From NCBI GenBank assembly GCA_963727825.1, contig CAVSHO010000007.1, positions 192,001 through 256,000 on the forward strand: a stretch of 64,000 nucleotides of DNA, read 5' to 3'. Source of the stretch: Ignavibacteriota bacterium. Lineage in GTDB: Bacteria > Bacteroidota > Ignavibacteria > UBA10030. Both the position numbers and the translations under genes were made by a program. Below the pieces are notes generated by a model. That model did no database searches, was not told the DNA's origin, and worked only from the letters and a program-made list of their open reading frames with translations. Positions 40,758 through 49,334 of this stretch are shown here, piece by piece (position 1 is the first letter of the stretch; the number at the start of each line of letters is the position of its first letter).

Positions 40758-41414
40758 TTGCGTGTCTTGTATGTAACTCTAGGTATTGTTTTTCTTGATC
40801 AGGTTACAAAGTTGTTGGTGAAAGGATTCACCCTGCCAATATTTGAATACTATCACCAAGGAATGCAGCTTGGGCAAAGTATTCCTGTAATCGGTGACTT
40901 TCTCCGGCTGACGTTTGTTGAAAATCCAGGTATGGCATTCGGCATTGAAATCGGTGGACGGTTATTCCTTACACTCTTCTCATTTGTTGCAAGCGTTGGT
41001 ATCTTCTATTATATCTACCGTTTGCGCGAAGAACCATTTATTGTTCGTTTAACGCTGGCAATGATCCTGGGTGGAGCGGTGGGTAATCTCATCGACCGAA
41101 TATTTTATGGCGTTATTTTTGGTGAGGGATCACTGTTCTACGGCAAAGTTGTTGATTTTATAGATATGGATTTTTTTCATATAGACTTTCTTATATTCCA
41201 CATAAACCGATTTGCCATATTCAATATTGCTGATGCCTCTGTCTCCACCGGTATTGTGCTGATGCTTTTATTTTACCGAAAGTTCTCTAAAGTGGAAGAA
41301 CCGGAAATAAAAGCAAATGAAGCAGAGCAGATTTCCACTGACCAGAACTCTTCGATCAGCAATACGAACGAACCAAAGAATGATATACAGAGTTCATCGG
41401 TGAATCCGTCATAA
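40758..41414 (+). CDS. lspA: Lipoprotein signal peptidase II
   Basis: DQVTK, NPGMAFG, GAVGNLIDR, VVDFI, FNIAD. Confidence 0.96.
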   Translation: MRVLYVTLGIVFLDQVTKLLVKGFTLPIFEYYHQGMQLGQSIPVIGDFLRLTFVENPGMAFGIEIGGRLFLTLFSFVASVGIFYYIYRLREEPFIVRLTLAMILGGAVGNLIDRIFYGVIFGEGSLFYGKVVDFIDMDFFHIDFLIFHINRFAIFNIADASVSTGIVLMLLFYRKFSKVEEPEIKANEAEQISTDQNSSISNTNEPKNDIQSSSVNPS

Positions 41415-41425
41415 CAGCACGAATT

Positions 41426-42415
41426 ATGTTTCCTCAAGAATCCTCTGGCGATAATACAGAGGAGCGCGAGCAACTCCGCATCGTCGTTCCCCCCCGTGAA
41501 CATCGTAAACGCCTCGATGTCTATCTTACACATCGAATTGAAAATGCCACGCGCAATAAAGTCCAGCAGGCCATTGAAGCTGGAACGGTGCTTGTAAACG
41601 GCAAGATTGTTAAGTCGAGTCACCTGCTCAATCCTGATGATGTTATTGATATTACGTTTCCGCATCCGCCGCGCATGGATGCAGAGCCGGAAGATATTCC
41701 GCTCGATATTGTGTTTGAAGATGTGTCTCTGCTTATTGTAAATAAACCAGCTGGTATGGTAACACATCCGGCATACAACAATTATTCTGGTACTCTTGTG
41801 AACGCACTCCTGCATCATTGCAATCATCTTTCTACGCTCAACACTGAAATGCGCCCCGGCATTGTACATCGATTAGATAAAGATACGACAGGATTAATGG
41901 TAGTGGCGAAAAGCGACGCGGTGCATGCATTTCTCGCAAAACAATTTGCCAAGCGCACTATCGACCGTGAGTACTGGGCGATAGTGTGGGGCAGATTCAA
42001 ATCGCCGAAAGGAACGATTGATGCAAATCTTGGCCGCAGCAAGCGTGATCGGAAAAAAGTGGCGGTAACAGAAGATGGGAAATCTGCAATTACGGAATAT
42101 GAGGTACTGAAAGAATTTGAATTTCTTTCGCTTGTTCGCCTGCATCTCAAGACCGGCCGTACTCATCAGATTCGTGTTCATCTGGCGCACATTAATCATC
42201 CGGTATTTGGCGATCCTACCTATGGCGGGCGAACCAATACGTGGAATGGATTGGAAGGGAAGAAGGCACAATCCGCAGCAAATCTTCTTAAGCTCATCCC
42301 GCGACAGGCACTGCATGCAAAGACTATCGGTTTTATTCATCCTGCAACAAAAGAATTTGTGAAGTTTGATTCTGAACTACCAGAAGATATGCAGGCAGTG
42401 TTGGCGAACATTTAG
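41426..42415 (+). CDS. rluD: RluA/RluD-family pseudouridine synthase with S4 domain
   Basis: NKPAGMVTHP, HRLDKDTTG, TGRTHQIRVH, QALHA. Confidence 0.92.
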   Translation: MFPQESSGDNTEEREQLRIVVPPREHRKRLDVYLTHRIENATRNKVQQAIEAGTVLVNGKIVKSSHLLNPDDVIDITFPHPPRMDAEPEDIPLDIVFEDVSLLIVNKPAGMVTHPAYNNYSGTLVNALLHHCNHLSTLNTEMRPGIVHRLDKDTTGLMVVAKSDAVHAFLAKQFAKRTIDREYWAIVWGRFKSPKGTIDANLGRSKRDRKKVAVTEDGKSAITEYEVLKEFEFLSLVRLHLKTGRTHQIRVHLAHINHPVFGDPTYGGRTNTWNGLEGKKAQSAANLLKLIPRQALHAKTIGFIHPATKEFVKFDSELPEDMQAVLANI

Positions 42416-42439
42416 TTTAACTGGGAAAAGCAAACTAAT

Positions 42440-42563
42440 TAGAAGCTATCTCAAAAATACCATTTGCCGTCAGACTGAGCTTGTCGAAGTCTGATCTGTG
42501 GCATATTCCGTCACCCTTCGACAAGCTCAGGGTGACTTAAAATCATTTTTGAGATGGCTTATA
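42440..42563. mobile_element. MITE-like element of about 124 bp enclosing a CTGAGCTTGTCGAAG REP-like doublet
   Basis: Terminal inverted repeats TAGAAGCTATCTCAAAAAT / ATTTTTGAGATGGCTTATA (17/19). Internal inverted pair GTCAGACTGAGCTTGTCGAAG and CTTCGACAAGCTCAGGGTGAC. Confidence 0.7.
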
Positions 42564-42603
42564 GTTAGCCACGATATAATCCCTAACAAATTATTATTGG
42601 AAA

Positions 42604-45003
42604 ATGACTAAGCGACATAAAATTCTGCTATTTACTCTAATGTTTGTTAGCGCGATTACCGCACTTGCACAACCGTCATTTGTTATTCACGGTAAGGTAG
42701 TGGATGCCGCGAGCAATGAACCGCTGCCTTCGGCGACCATCAGATTCATTGGGACTTCGCAGGGAACTATATCGAATGCTCAAGGGGAATTTAGGTACAC
42801 CGTCAGGGATTCTCTCGTGAGACTTGCAGTTAGTTATGTCGGACATAAATCGGATACTCTCACGATCTCTATCGGAAGTTCTCACAGTGTGCAAATTCGC
42901 TTACAGCCGAACGCCATTCAAGTAGCGGAAATGATAGTAACAGGTGAAGACCCCGCGTACCAAATCATTCGATATGCTATTGAAAGTAAAAAGAAATGGA
43001 TGAAGCGGTTGACATCTTACGAGGGCAAGGCATTTAACCGTGTGGTTATTCGTATACAGGATTCTATTGCCGCTATCACTGAGTCATATTCAACGCTTTA
43101 TTGGCGAAGTGACGATTCTCTCCGCGAAATTGTAACACAGCAAAAGCAAACCGGTAATCTTCCAAAATCGATGCAGGCGATTCGTGTGGGGAAAATAATC
43201 AATTTAAATGACGATGAAATTGCGATGGGAGGATTTCAATTCACCTGCCCGACTGCACCGGATGCGTTTGATTATTACGATTATAAGCTGCGTTCTACCA
43301 GAAGAATGGACGACTTTGATGTATACGAGATTGAGGTAATACCGAAGTCACGCATCAATCCATTATTCAAAGGAATAATTGCGATTGCCGAACGCTCGTA
43401 TGCTGTCATTGAAGCCGATCTTGAGCCGAATGAAGCGTACGAGCAGCCGTTTATTCATTTTTCAAAATCGCATTACATGCAGTCGTTTCGGCTTTTCAAC
43501 AACACGGTATCGCTTCCTGTGCATTATCGCTTCGAAGCAAACCTGGAAGTGCAGTTTATGGGAATCAAAATTCCGCCTATCGGTCTTGAGCGGGACGTGG
43601 TCATCTACGATTACCGAGTAAATCCCGAACTCCCCGACAGTATTCGGAACATAAGTAAGACAGCTTTCGATTCTTCCGCGAAGAAAATTGATTCTACATT
43701 TTGGGCAACACATGACGTGCTGCCGCTGACGGCTGAACAGGACAGCGCCTATCATAAACTCGATAGTACACAAACACTGGAAAAACAACTTGCTCCATCT
43801 GGGGCAATGATGAGTTTGATGAATTTGATGTCAACCGGAGTCTTCAGTTATCTGGATCTTACATTCAACCGAGTGGAAGCATGGCATCTGGGAATTTCTA
43901 AAACTGTTGATTCATTGACAAACGATTTGGGTGTCCGAGGCGGAGCGGCATACGGCACAGCAGACGAAAGATGGAAATGGCATGCCGGGGCAACCTTATT
44001 GTTCGGTGATACAGTGAACCGTTCAATATCGTTTGGTCCTGCTTCAATATCAATTCCAGATCGAAGGTGGTCTGTCGCATTAGATGTGTATGATCAGTTG
44101 GAAGTGTTTCCGTTCGTATTGATGAAGGATCAATTCGACAATATGCTCATTGCCTTACTAACTCATTCGGACGCGTACGATTATTATGCTGCCCGCGGAG
44201 TGACGGCGGCCTTGACTTATTTGCCGGCTCCTTCCTGGCGCATTTCTCTAATGGGGCTTACGGAGAATCAGCAATCGCTTGCCAAGCATACCGAGTATTC
44301 ATTCTTCGATCGTTCAAAGATTTATCCAGATAATCCTTCTATCGTAGATGGGAGAATGAATAGTTTCACATTGAGCGCGAGATATTCAACGACAGAACTG
44401 CCGGGCGTTACACGAAATGCATTCACCGCATCGACTGTAGTGGAATATTCAGATCCATTTTTAATGAGTGATTATTCGTTCACACAATTTAATCTGAAAA
44501 TTCGCGAAAAAATATCTACAATGAATTATAACTTACTATTCCCGCCATCGCTCACCGTCATACTCAACGCGGGAACGGCGATAGGACATCTTCCACCGCA
44601 GAGATATTTTTCGCTTGCCTCTAACGTGTTATTCGTGGGAGAACAAGGGACACTGCGCGGTGTTGGATCGCGTGAATATTATGGAGATAGATATGCAGTT
44701 GGTTCTATAGAATACAATTTCCGTCGCGCTCCATTTGCATTAACGGGAATTAAAGCGCTTTATGAATCGAAACTTGAATTTATCGTGTTAGGAGCCGTGG
44801 CGCGGTCATGGTTAACTGACGAGGCGCTTCGGACACCGCAATTTCCCGTGAAAGATACTGATGGCTGGTATTATGAAGCGGGAATCGGTGTTTCGAACAT
44901 ACTCGATTTATTCCGTCTCGATTTATCATACCGATTCACGCAGCCGGGCCAAGTGAACCTCACGCTTTTACTCTCAGATTTTGTTTCTGGATTAGTACGG
45001 TAA
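42604..45003 (+). CDS. Carboxypeptidase-regulatory-like plus DUF5686-type outer membrane protein
   Basis: Signal peptide, GKVVDAASNEPLP..GT.SN..G.F..SYVGH N-domain, C-terminal YYEAGIGVSNILDLFRLD. Confidence 0.8.
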   Translation: MTKRHKILLFTLMFVSAITALAQPSFVIHGKVVDAASNEPLPSATIRFIGTSQGTISNAQGEFRYTVRDSLVRLAVSYVGHKSDTLTISIGSSHSVQIRLQPNAIQVAEMIVTGEDPAYQIIRYAIESKKKWMKRLTSYEGKAFNRVVIRIQDSIAAITESYSTLYWRSDDSLREIVTQQKQTGNLPKSMQAIRVGKIINLNDDEIAMGGFQFTCPTAPDAFDYYDYKLRSTRRMDDFDVYEIEVIPKSRINPLFKGIIAIAERSYAVIEADLEPNEAYEQPFIHFSKSHYMQSFRLFNNTVSLPVHYRFEANLEVQFMGIKIPPIGLERDVVIYDYRVNPELPDSIRNISKTAFDSSAKKIDSTFWATHDVLPLTAEQDSAYHKLDSTQTLEKQLAPSGAMMSLMNLMSTGVFSYLDLTFNRVEAWHLGISKTVDSLTNDLGVRGGAAYGTADERWKWHAGATLLFGDTVNRSISFGPASISIPDRRWSVALDVYDQLEVFPFVLMKDQFDNMLIALLTHSDAYDYYAARGVTAALTYLPAPSWRISLMGLTENQQSLAKHTEYSFFDRSKIYPDNPSIVDGRMNSFTLSARYSTTELPGVTRNAFTASTVVEYSDPFLMSDYSFTQFNLKIREKISTMNYNLLFPPSLTVILNAGTAIGHLPPQRYFSLASNVLFVGEQGTLRGVGSREYYGDRYAVGSIEYNFRRAPFALTGIKALYESKLEFIVLGAVARSWLTDEALRTPQFPVKDTDGWYYEAGIGVSNILDLFRLDLSYRFTQPGQVNLTLLLSDFVSGLVR

Positions 45004-45126
45004 GCAAGATTAATCTCGCAAAGGAACTTTTAGAGAAGATGGAGAACTATCGCGGTGGTTTGTTTGCGGATCTTTATATTGTATGCATTCATCCATAAAA
45101 GGTGTTTATTAAGGAGAGTATAAAAA

Positions 45127-45468
45127 ATGAAAAGATTATCGTTATCTATCATAGCTGGAATTGTTTGTGCGATTATTTGTGCCATTGGAAGAAAATATTT
45201 AATTCCGGACATAACATTATCCGCGTTAATTGTTTCATCTTTTGGAAATAGAATTCTAATTGGTTTTGTTATCGGTATAAGCGGATTAAGAATGAATTAT
45301 CTTCTCCACGGAGCATTTATTGGTTTTTTAGTAACTCTATCATATTCAATAGGCATGATACTCGATAATAATGTAATTGGTTTTATTATGTACACAACGG
45401 CAGGAACCATATTTGGATTGCTAATCGAAATATTCGTAACCAAAATATGCAAGGCTCCAAGTGTATAA
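45127..45468 (+). CDS. Small 4-TM hypothetical membrane protein
   Basis: AAGGAG SD, hydrophobic 113 aa, AT-rich. Confidence 0.75.
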   Translation: MKRLSLSIIAGIVCAIICAIGRKYLIPDITLSALIVSSFGNRILIGFVIGISGLRMNYLLHGAFIGFLVTLSYSIGMILDNNVIGFIMYTTAGTIFGLLIEIFVTKICKAPSV

Positions 45469-45509
45469 TTGGCAAGTCAGAAAACTTTATACTGATAGGA
45501 TGGATACTC

Positions 45510-45621
45510 GAGCCGGAGGCCAGAAAATGTCACGAAACTATTCGTGTCAATCTTATATGATGATTTATTTTATATGGAAGACCAACCATTCCCTCTTTCG
45601 TGTTAATTCGTGCGTAAGAGA
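45510..45621 (+). repeat. GAGCCGG-GGCC mini-element, copy A
   Basis: Similar to 46181-46295 over about 115 bp. The first 42 nt match copy B at 35/42 and copy C at 38/42. Confidence 0.75.
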
Positions 45622-45681
45622 GTACTTTGAAGAACGAAGAAATTAACTAAACACCGAGAATTAATATTATGCGAGAGGACC

Positions 45682-46152
45682 ATGAAAACCATTAAACGTA
45701 TTGCATTAGTAGCACACGACAACCGGAAGAAGGATCTGACCGAATGGGTTGAATGGAATTGGAATGCTCTATTGAACCACAAACTGATATGCACGGGAAC
45801 TACAGGCAGTATGGTCGAAGCTGTATTGAGGAAAAAATTGGACAAAGATCAAAAAAAGAAGATTGATATCAGGAAACTCAAATCCGGACCGCTCGGGGGT
45901 GACCAACAGCTCGGTGCACTTATAGCAGAAGGAGAGGTCGATATGATCATCTTTTTGTGGGACCCGATGGAACCGCAGCCGCATGATGTCGATGTCAAAG
46001 CACTACTCAGGATAGCCGTGCTTTATAATGTGCCGACCGCTTGCAATCGCTCGACCGCCGATTTCATGATCTCTTCATCTCTGTTCACCTCGGAGTACGC
46101 TCCCGCTCTTGTGGATTTTTCCGAGTATATTCGCAGAGAAATAAAATTTTGA
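45682..46152 (+). CDS. mgsA: Methylglyoxal synthase
   Basis: IALVAHD, TGTTG, SGPLGGDQQ, PHDVDVKALLR. Confidence 0.97.
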   Translation: MKTIKRIALVAHDNRKKDLTEWVEWNWNALLNHKLICTGTTGSMVEAVLRKKLDKDQKKKIDIRKLKSGPLGGDQQLGALIAEGEVDMIIFLWDPMEPQPHDVDVKALLRIAVLYNVPTACNRSTADFMISSSLFTSEYAPALVDFSEYIRREIKF

Positions 46153-46180
46153 GGCGACCGGGCTGGCGACATAGATGTGA

Positions 46181-46295
46181 GAGCCGGCGGCCTAAAAATG
46201 CTGCGAATCTATTCGTGTCAATTTTTTATGATATGATTTTTTTAATATGTAAGACTATCCGTCCCCTCTTTCTCGTTAATTCTTATGTGAGAGGA
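46181..46295 (+). repeat. GAGCCGG-GGCC mini-element, copy B
   Basis: Direct repeat of 45510-45621. The two copies bracket mgsA. Confidence 0.75.
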
Positions 46296-46351
46296 GATTT
46301 ATAAAATCCTTTTTTAATGCTGAAAAGTAATCTTTGCATTCAAGAAACAAT

Positions 46352-46813
46352 GTCCCCTCTTGAGAGGGGACCACAGGGGTGTGTGGAAAAGGTTGGCAAT
46401 GGAAGATCGATGGATTCACTATAATCCAAGACTTAAGCAAATTGCCCTAACATTGCGGAAGAATATGACATTGTCAGAAATTCTTCTGTGGCAGCAATTA
46501 AAGAATAAACAATTGATGGGATATGATTTTCATAGGCAGAAGCCGATTGATGAATATGTAGTGGATTTTTATTGTCCTCTATTGAAATTAGTTCTCGAGA
46601 TCGATGGTGATTCGCATGATGGAAAGGAAGAGGCGGATCGAATCAGACAAGAGAAATTGGAATCGTTGGGATTGACAGTGATGCGGTTCTGGGATTCTGA
46701 TGTGAAGAGCAATGTTGACGGAGTGGTCGGACAATTGCGGGAATGGATTGAAGCTCAAATAACACACCCCTAAATCCCCTCTCATCTTGTTTAGGTCTTA
46801 TGTAAGAGGGGAC
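46352..46813. mobile_element. Candidate DUF559 module bounded by inverted REP-like repeats
   Basis: Left GTCCCCTCTTGAGAGGGGACCACAGGGGTGTGT. Right ACACACCCCTAAATCCCCTCTCA[20 nt]AGAGGGGAC. Confidence 0.6.
46399..46773 (+). CDS. DUF559 (Vsr-like PD-(D/E)xK) endonuclease domain protein
   Basis: LRKNMTLSE..LW..L, FHRQKPI..YVVDFYC..KLVLEIDGDSH..D..RQ..LE..G..V.RF. Confidence 0.92.
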   Translation: MEDRWIHYNPRLKQIALTLRKNMTLSEILLWQQLKNKQLMGYDFHRQKPIDEYVVDFYCPLLKLVLEIDGDSHDGKEEADRIRQEKLESLGLTVMRFWDSDVKSNVDGVVGQLREWIEAQITHP

Positions 46814-46817
46814 TTTT

Positions 46818-47110
46818 ATCGACGGGAAGCTATCTGACATCGACGCGGAGTCATCTGACAACAGCGCGAAGCAGTTAGACAATGGCGCGGAGTAGTTTGA
46901 CGGTCACACGAAGCGGTTTGACAATGCCACGGAGCAGTTAGACAATCGTGCGGAGTACTTTGACGGGGAAGAAATGTCAGGTGACAATGACGCGAAGTCA
47001 GTTTACACTTGCGCGGAGCCGTCTGACATTGTAACAATTTTAAAAGTTAAGCAGAAAAGTACTTTGACGATGCCGCGGAGTGATTCGACGGAGAAGAAAT
47101 GCCAAATACA
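46818..47110. repeat. Degenerate 21-bp-period tandem array (10 clean units plus about 4 degraded)
   Basis: Units such as ATCGACGCGGAGTCATCTGAC, AATGGCGCGGAGTAGTTTGAC, AATGCCACGGAGCAGTTAGAC. Conserved CGRAG and terminal GAC. Confidence 0.9.
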
Positions 47111-47138
47111 GCAAGAAAATAGCTATTTGCAAAAGCGA

Positions 47139-47253
47139 TGTATGGCTTTTGTAGGGACGTTTAATTAAACGTCCCTACACGTGACTCTTGATTCTTGGCT
47201 GATTACTCGCTACAATTTTTACGAGAAGCGTGTTGGGGAAACATTGCTTACCA
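47139..47253 (+). repeat. Composite direct repeat 1 (28-bp GTAG palindrome plus double hairpin)
   Basis: GTAGGGACGTTTAATTAAACGTCCCTAC at 47151-47178. The 49-nt segment 47205-47253 matches 48096-48144 at 46/49. Confidence 0.85.
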
Positions 47254-47330
47254 CCGATTTTTTCTTTGAACTTACACCAGAGGAATATGCAGCTTTAAGG
47301 TACCAATTGGGGACATTAAAGAGCGCTTGA
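47254..47330 (+). pseudogene. Internal fragment of a second ORF6N-domain gene
   Basis: Reads DFFFELTPEEYAALRYQLGTLK, equivalent to DFAFQLKLEE...MRSQIVTASK of the neighbouring gene. Confidence 0.6.
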
Positions 47331-47398
47331 AATACAGTTATGGAGATATCACGAAATGTGATATCCTCGAGTTCTTAAAATAAAGTAATGAGTATGTT

Positions 47399-48012
47399 AT
47401 GACAAAAACGATCTACAAATATTCTGAATCGATTGAACAACATATTTTTTTTATTCGGGGGATGCGAGTAATTCTTGATAGCGACCTCAGTGCTATTTAT
47501 GGCGTAAAAACGAAAGTGTTGAACCAAGCAGTAAAAAGGAACACGCTCAGAAGATATTGACACGAATAGATTCGTGATATTATCAGGCCTCCGGCTCCGC
47601 TGATTTTGCATTTCAATTGAAGCTAGAAGAAATTGCAGCCATAGACAATCAGCGTGGTATGCGGTCACAAATTGTGACCGCATCAAAACGCAACATTCGG
47701 TTTCTACCGTTTGTGTTTACCGAGCACGGCGCTTTAATGGCTTCAAACATATTGAAAAGTACACGTGCTCTTTCAATGAGCATTTATGTCGTTAGGGCAT
47801 TTATTCGTTTGCGCGAAACACTTGCTCTCCATAAAGATTTGGCACAGAAATTATCGGAATTAGAGCGAAAGGTTCAATCACACGATACAGAACTTCAAGC
47901 TATTGTCCATGCATTGCGTCAACTAATGGAGCCGCCCGAAAAACCAAAGCGCGAAATCGGTTTCCATGTAAAAGAAACATCGGCAAAATATGGAGTGAAA
48001 AGGCAAAAATAA
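47399..48012 (+). pseudogene. ORF6N-domain DNA-binding protein interrupted by an insertion of about 46 bp
   Basis: IRGMRVILDSDL..YGVKTKVLNQAVKRN | insertion 47552-47597 | DFAFQL..RSQIVT..PFVFTEHG..VVRAF..KREIGF. Confidence 0.85.
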
Positions 48013-48038
48013 CGGAGCTATATTCCCAAACATAATAG

Positions 48039-48144
48039 TGTATTGCCTTTGTAGAGACGTTTAATTAAACGTCTCTACTTGATTCTCATCTTTTAACTCG
48101 CTACCATTTTTGCGAGAAGCGTGTTGGGGAAACATCGCTTACCA
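48039..48144 (+). repeat. Composite direct repeat 2
   Basis: GTAGAGACGTTTAATTAAACGTCTCTAC at 48051-48078 plus the shared 49-nt hairpin segment. Confidence 0.85.
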
Positions 48145-48313
48145 TCCGCTGTCGTCAGATTTCAAATCAGATTATAAATATGAGTTTCAGCGCGATTTCT
48201 TTTCTAGGCCGATATACAATGCGTTTGAATGTGTTTATTGGGTTTTATATCAGCGAGTGGATGTGAGGCGAAAAGGATAAAGATGTTGCGTGGATAAAAG
48301 ATAAGGTGAGTTA

Positions 48314-48342
48314 TTGCAATCATGCCAAGGGTTTGGTAGATT
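48314..48342 (+). promoter_or_regulatory. Putative sigma-70 promoter of the R-M operon
   Basis: TTGCAA-N17-TAGATT upstream of the methyltransferase. Confidence 0.45.
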
Positions 48343-48377
48343 AATACAAACAAGGCCTGATTACCAGATTAAAAAAA

Positions 48378-49334
48378 ATGGCAAAGACCAAACAGAAAAA
48401 AAGAATCCGATCTAAGGCAAAAAGACAGAATTCTGTAAAACTCCGAGTTGCCGAACAACAAGCAGTGTATAATACTAAGACCTCTTCTACTCAATCGAAA
48501 CTGCCACTTGATACAATAATATGTGGAGATGCGCTTGAAGTTCTCAAGAGTCTTCCTGATCATTTTATCGATCTTATAGTAACTTCTCCACCTTATGCAG
48601 ACAAAAGAACAACTTCGTATGGCGGAATACACCCAGATAAATATGTCCAATGGTTCTTACCTATTGCAAGTGAACTTAAAAGGGTGTTGAAACCATCGGG
48701 CTCATTTATTCTCAATATCAAAGAAGGTGTGTCTGAAGGTGAACGACAAACATATGTTCTTGAATTGATTCTCGCATTGAAGAAACAAGGATGGCTTTGG
48801 ACAGAAGAATATGTTTGGCACAAAAAGAATAGTTATCCAGGAAAGTGGCCTAATCGATTTAGAGATGCATGGGAACATTGTCTCCATTTCAATAAAGAAA
48901 AGAAATTTGCAATGTACCAAGAGACTGTTAGAGTGCCAATGGGCGATTGGGCAAAGACGCGGCTAAAAAAACTTAGCGAAACAGATAAAAGGCGCGATGA
49001 ATCAAAAGTTGGTAGCGGTTTTGGAAAAAATATTTCTAACTGGATAGGAAGACAATTGGCTTACCCAGACAATGTACTCCATTTAGCGACAGAATCTTCA
49101 AATACGAACCACAGTGCAGCGTTCCCAACGTCTTTACCAGAATGGTTCATTAAATTATTTACAAAACCTGGAGATATTATTCTTGACCCTTTTCTTGGAT
49201 CAGGTAGTACCGCAGTCGCCGCAAAAAGGACTGGAAGAAGATATATCGGAATTGAGATTTTAAAGGAATTTTCTCAAATAGCAGAACAACGAGTTAAAAA
49301 AGAACATTCCGACAATGGAGAATTGTTCAAATGA
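48378..49334 (+). CDS. Beta-class DNA amino-methyltransferase, probably N4-cytosine
   Basis: TSPPY (motif IV) precedes DPFLGSGST (motif I); HSAAFP. Confidence 0.93.
   Translation: MAKTKQKKRIRSKAKRQNSVKLRVAEQQAVYNTKTSSTQSKLPLDTIICGDALEVLKSLPDHFIDLIVTSPPYADKRTTSYGGIHPDKYVQWFLPIASELKRVLKPSGSFILNIKEGVSEGERQTYVLELILALKKQGWLWTEEYVWHKKNSYPGKWPNRFRDAWEHCLHFNKEKKFAMYQETVRVPMGDWAKTRLKKLSETDKRRDESKVGSGFGKNISNWIGRQLAYPDNVLHLATESSNTNHSAAFPTSLPEWFIKLFTKPGDIILDPFLGSGSTAVAAKRTGRRYIGIEILKEFSQIAEQRVKKEHSDNGELFK

Noticed and set aside
45510-45551. Group II intron domain V (GAGCCG start)
   Set aside because: The downstream sequence cannot form the 34-nt DV helix ending CGGTTC; no DVI or reverse transcriptase nearby.
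46818-47110. CRISPR array
   Set aside because: No identical 23-47 bp repeats with unique spacers, the period is only 21 bp, and there are no cas genes in the window.
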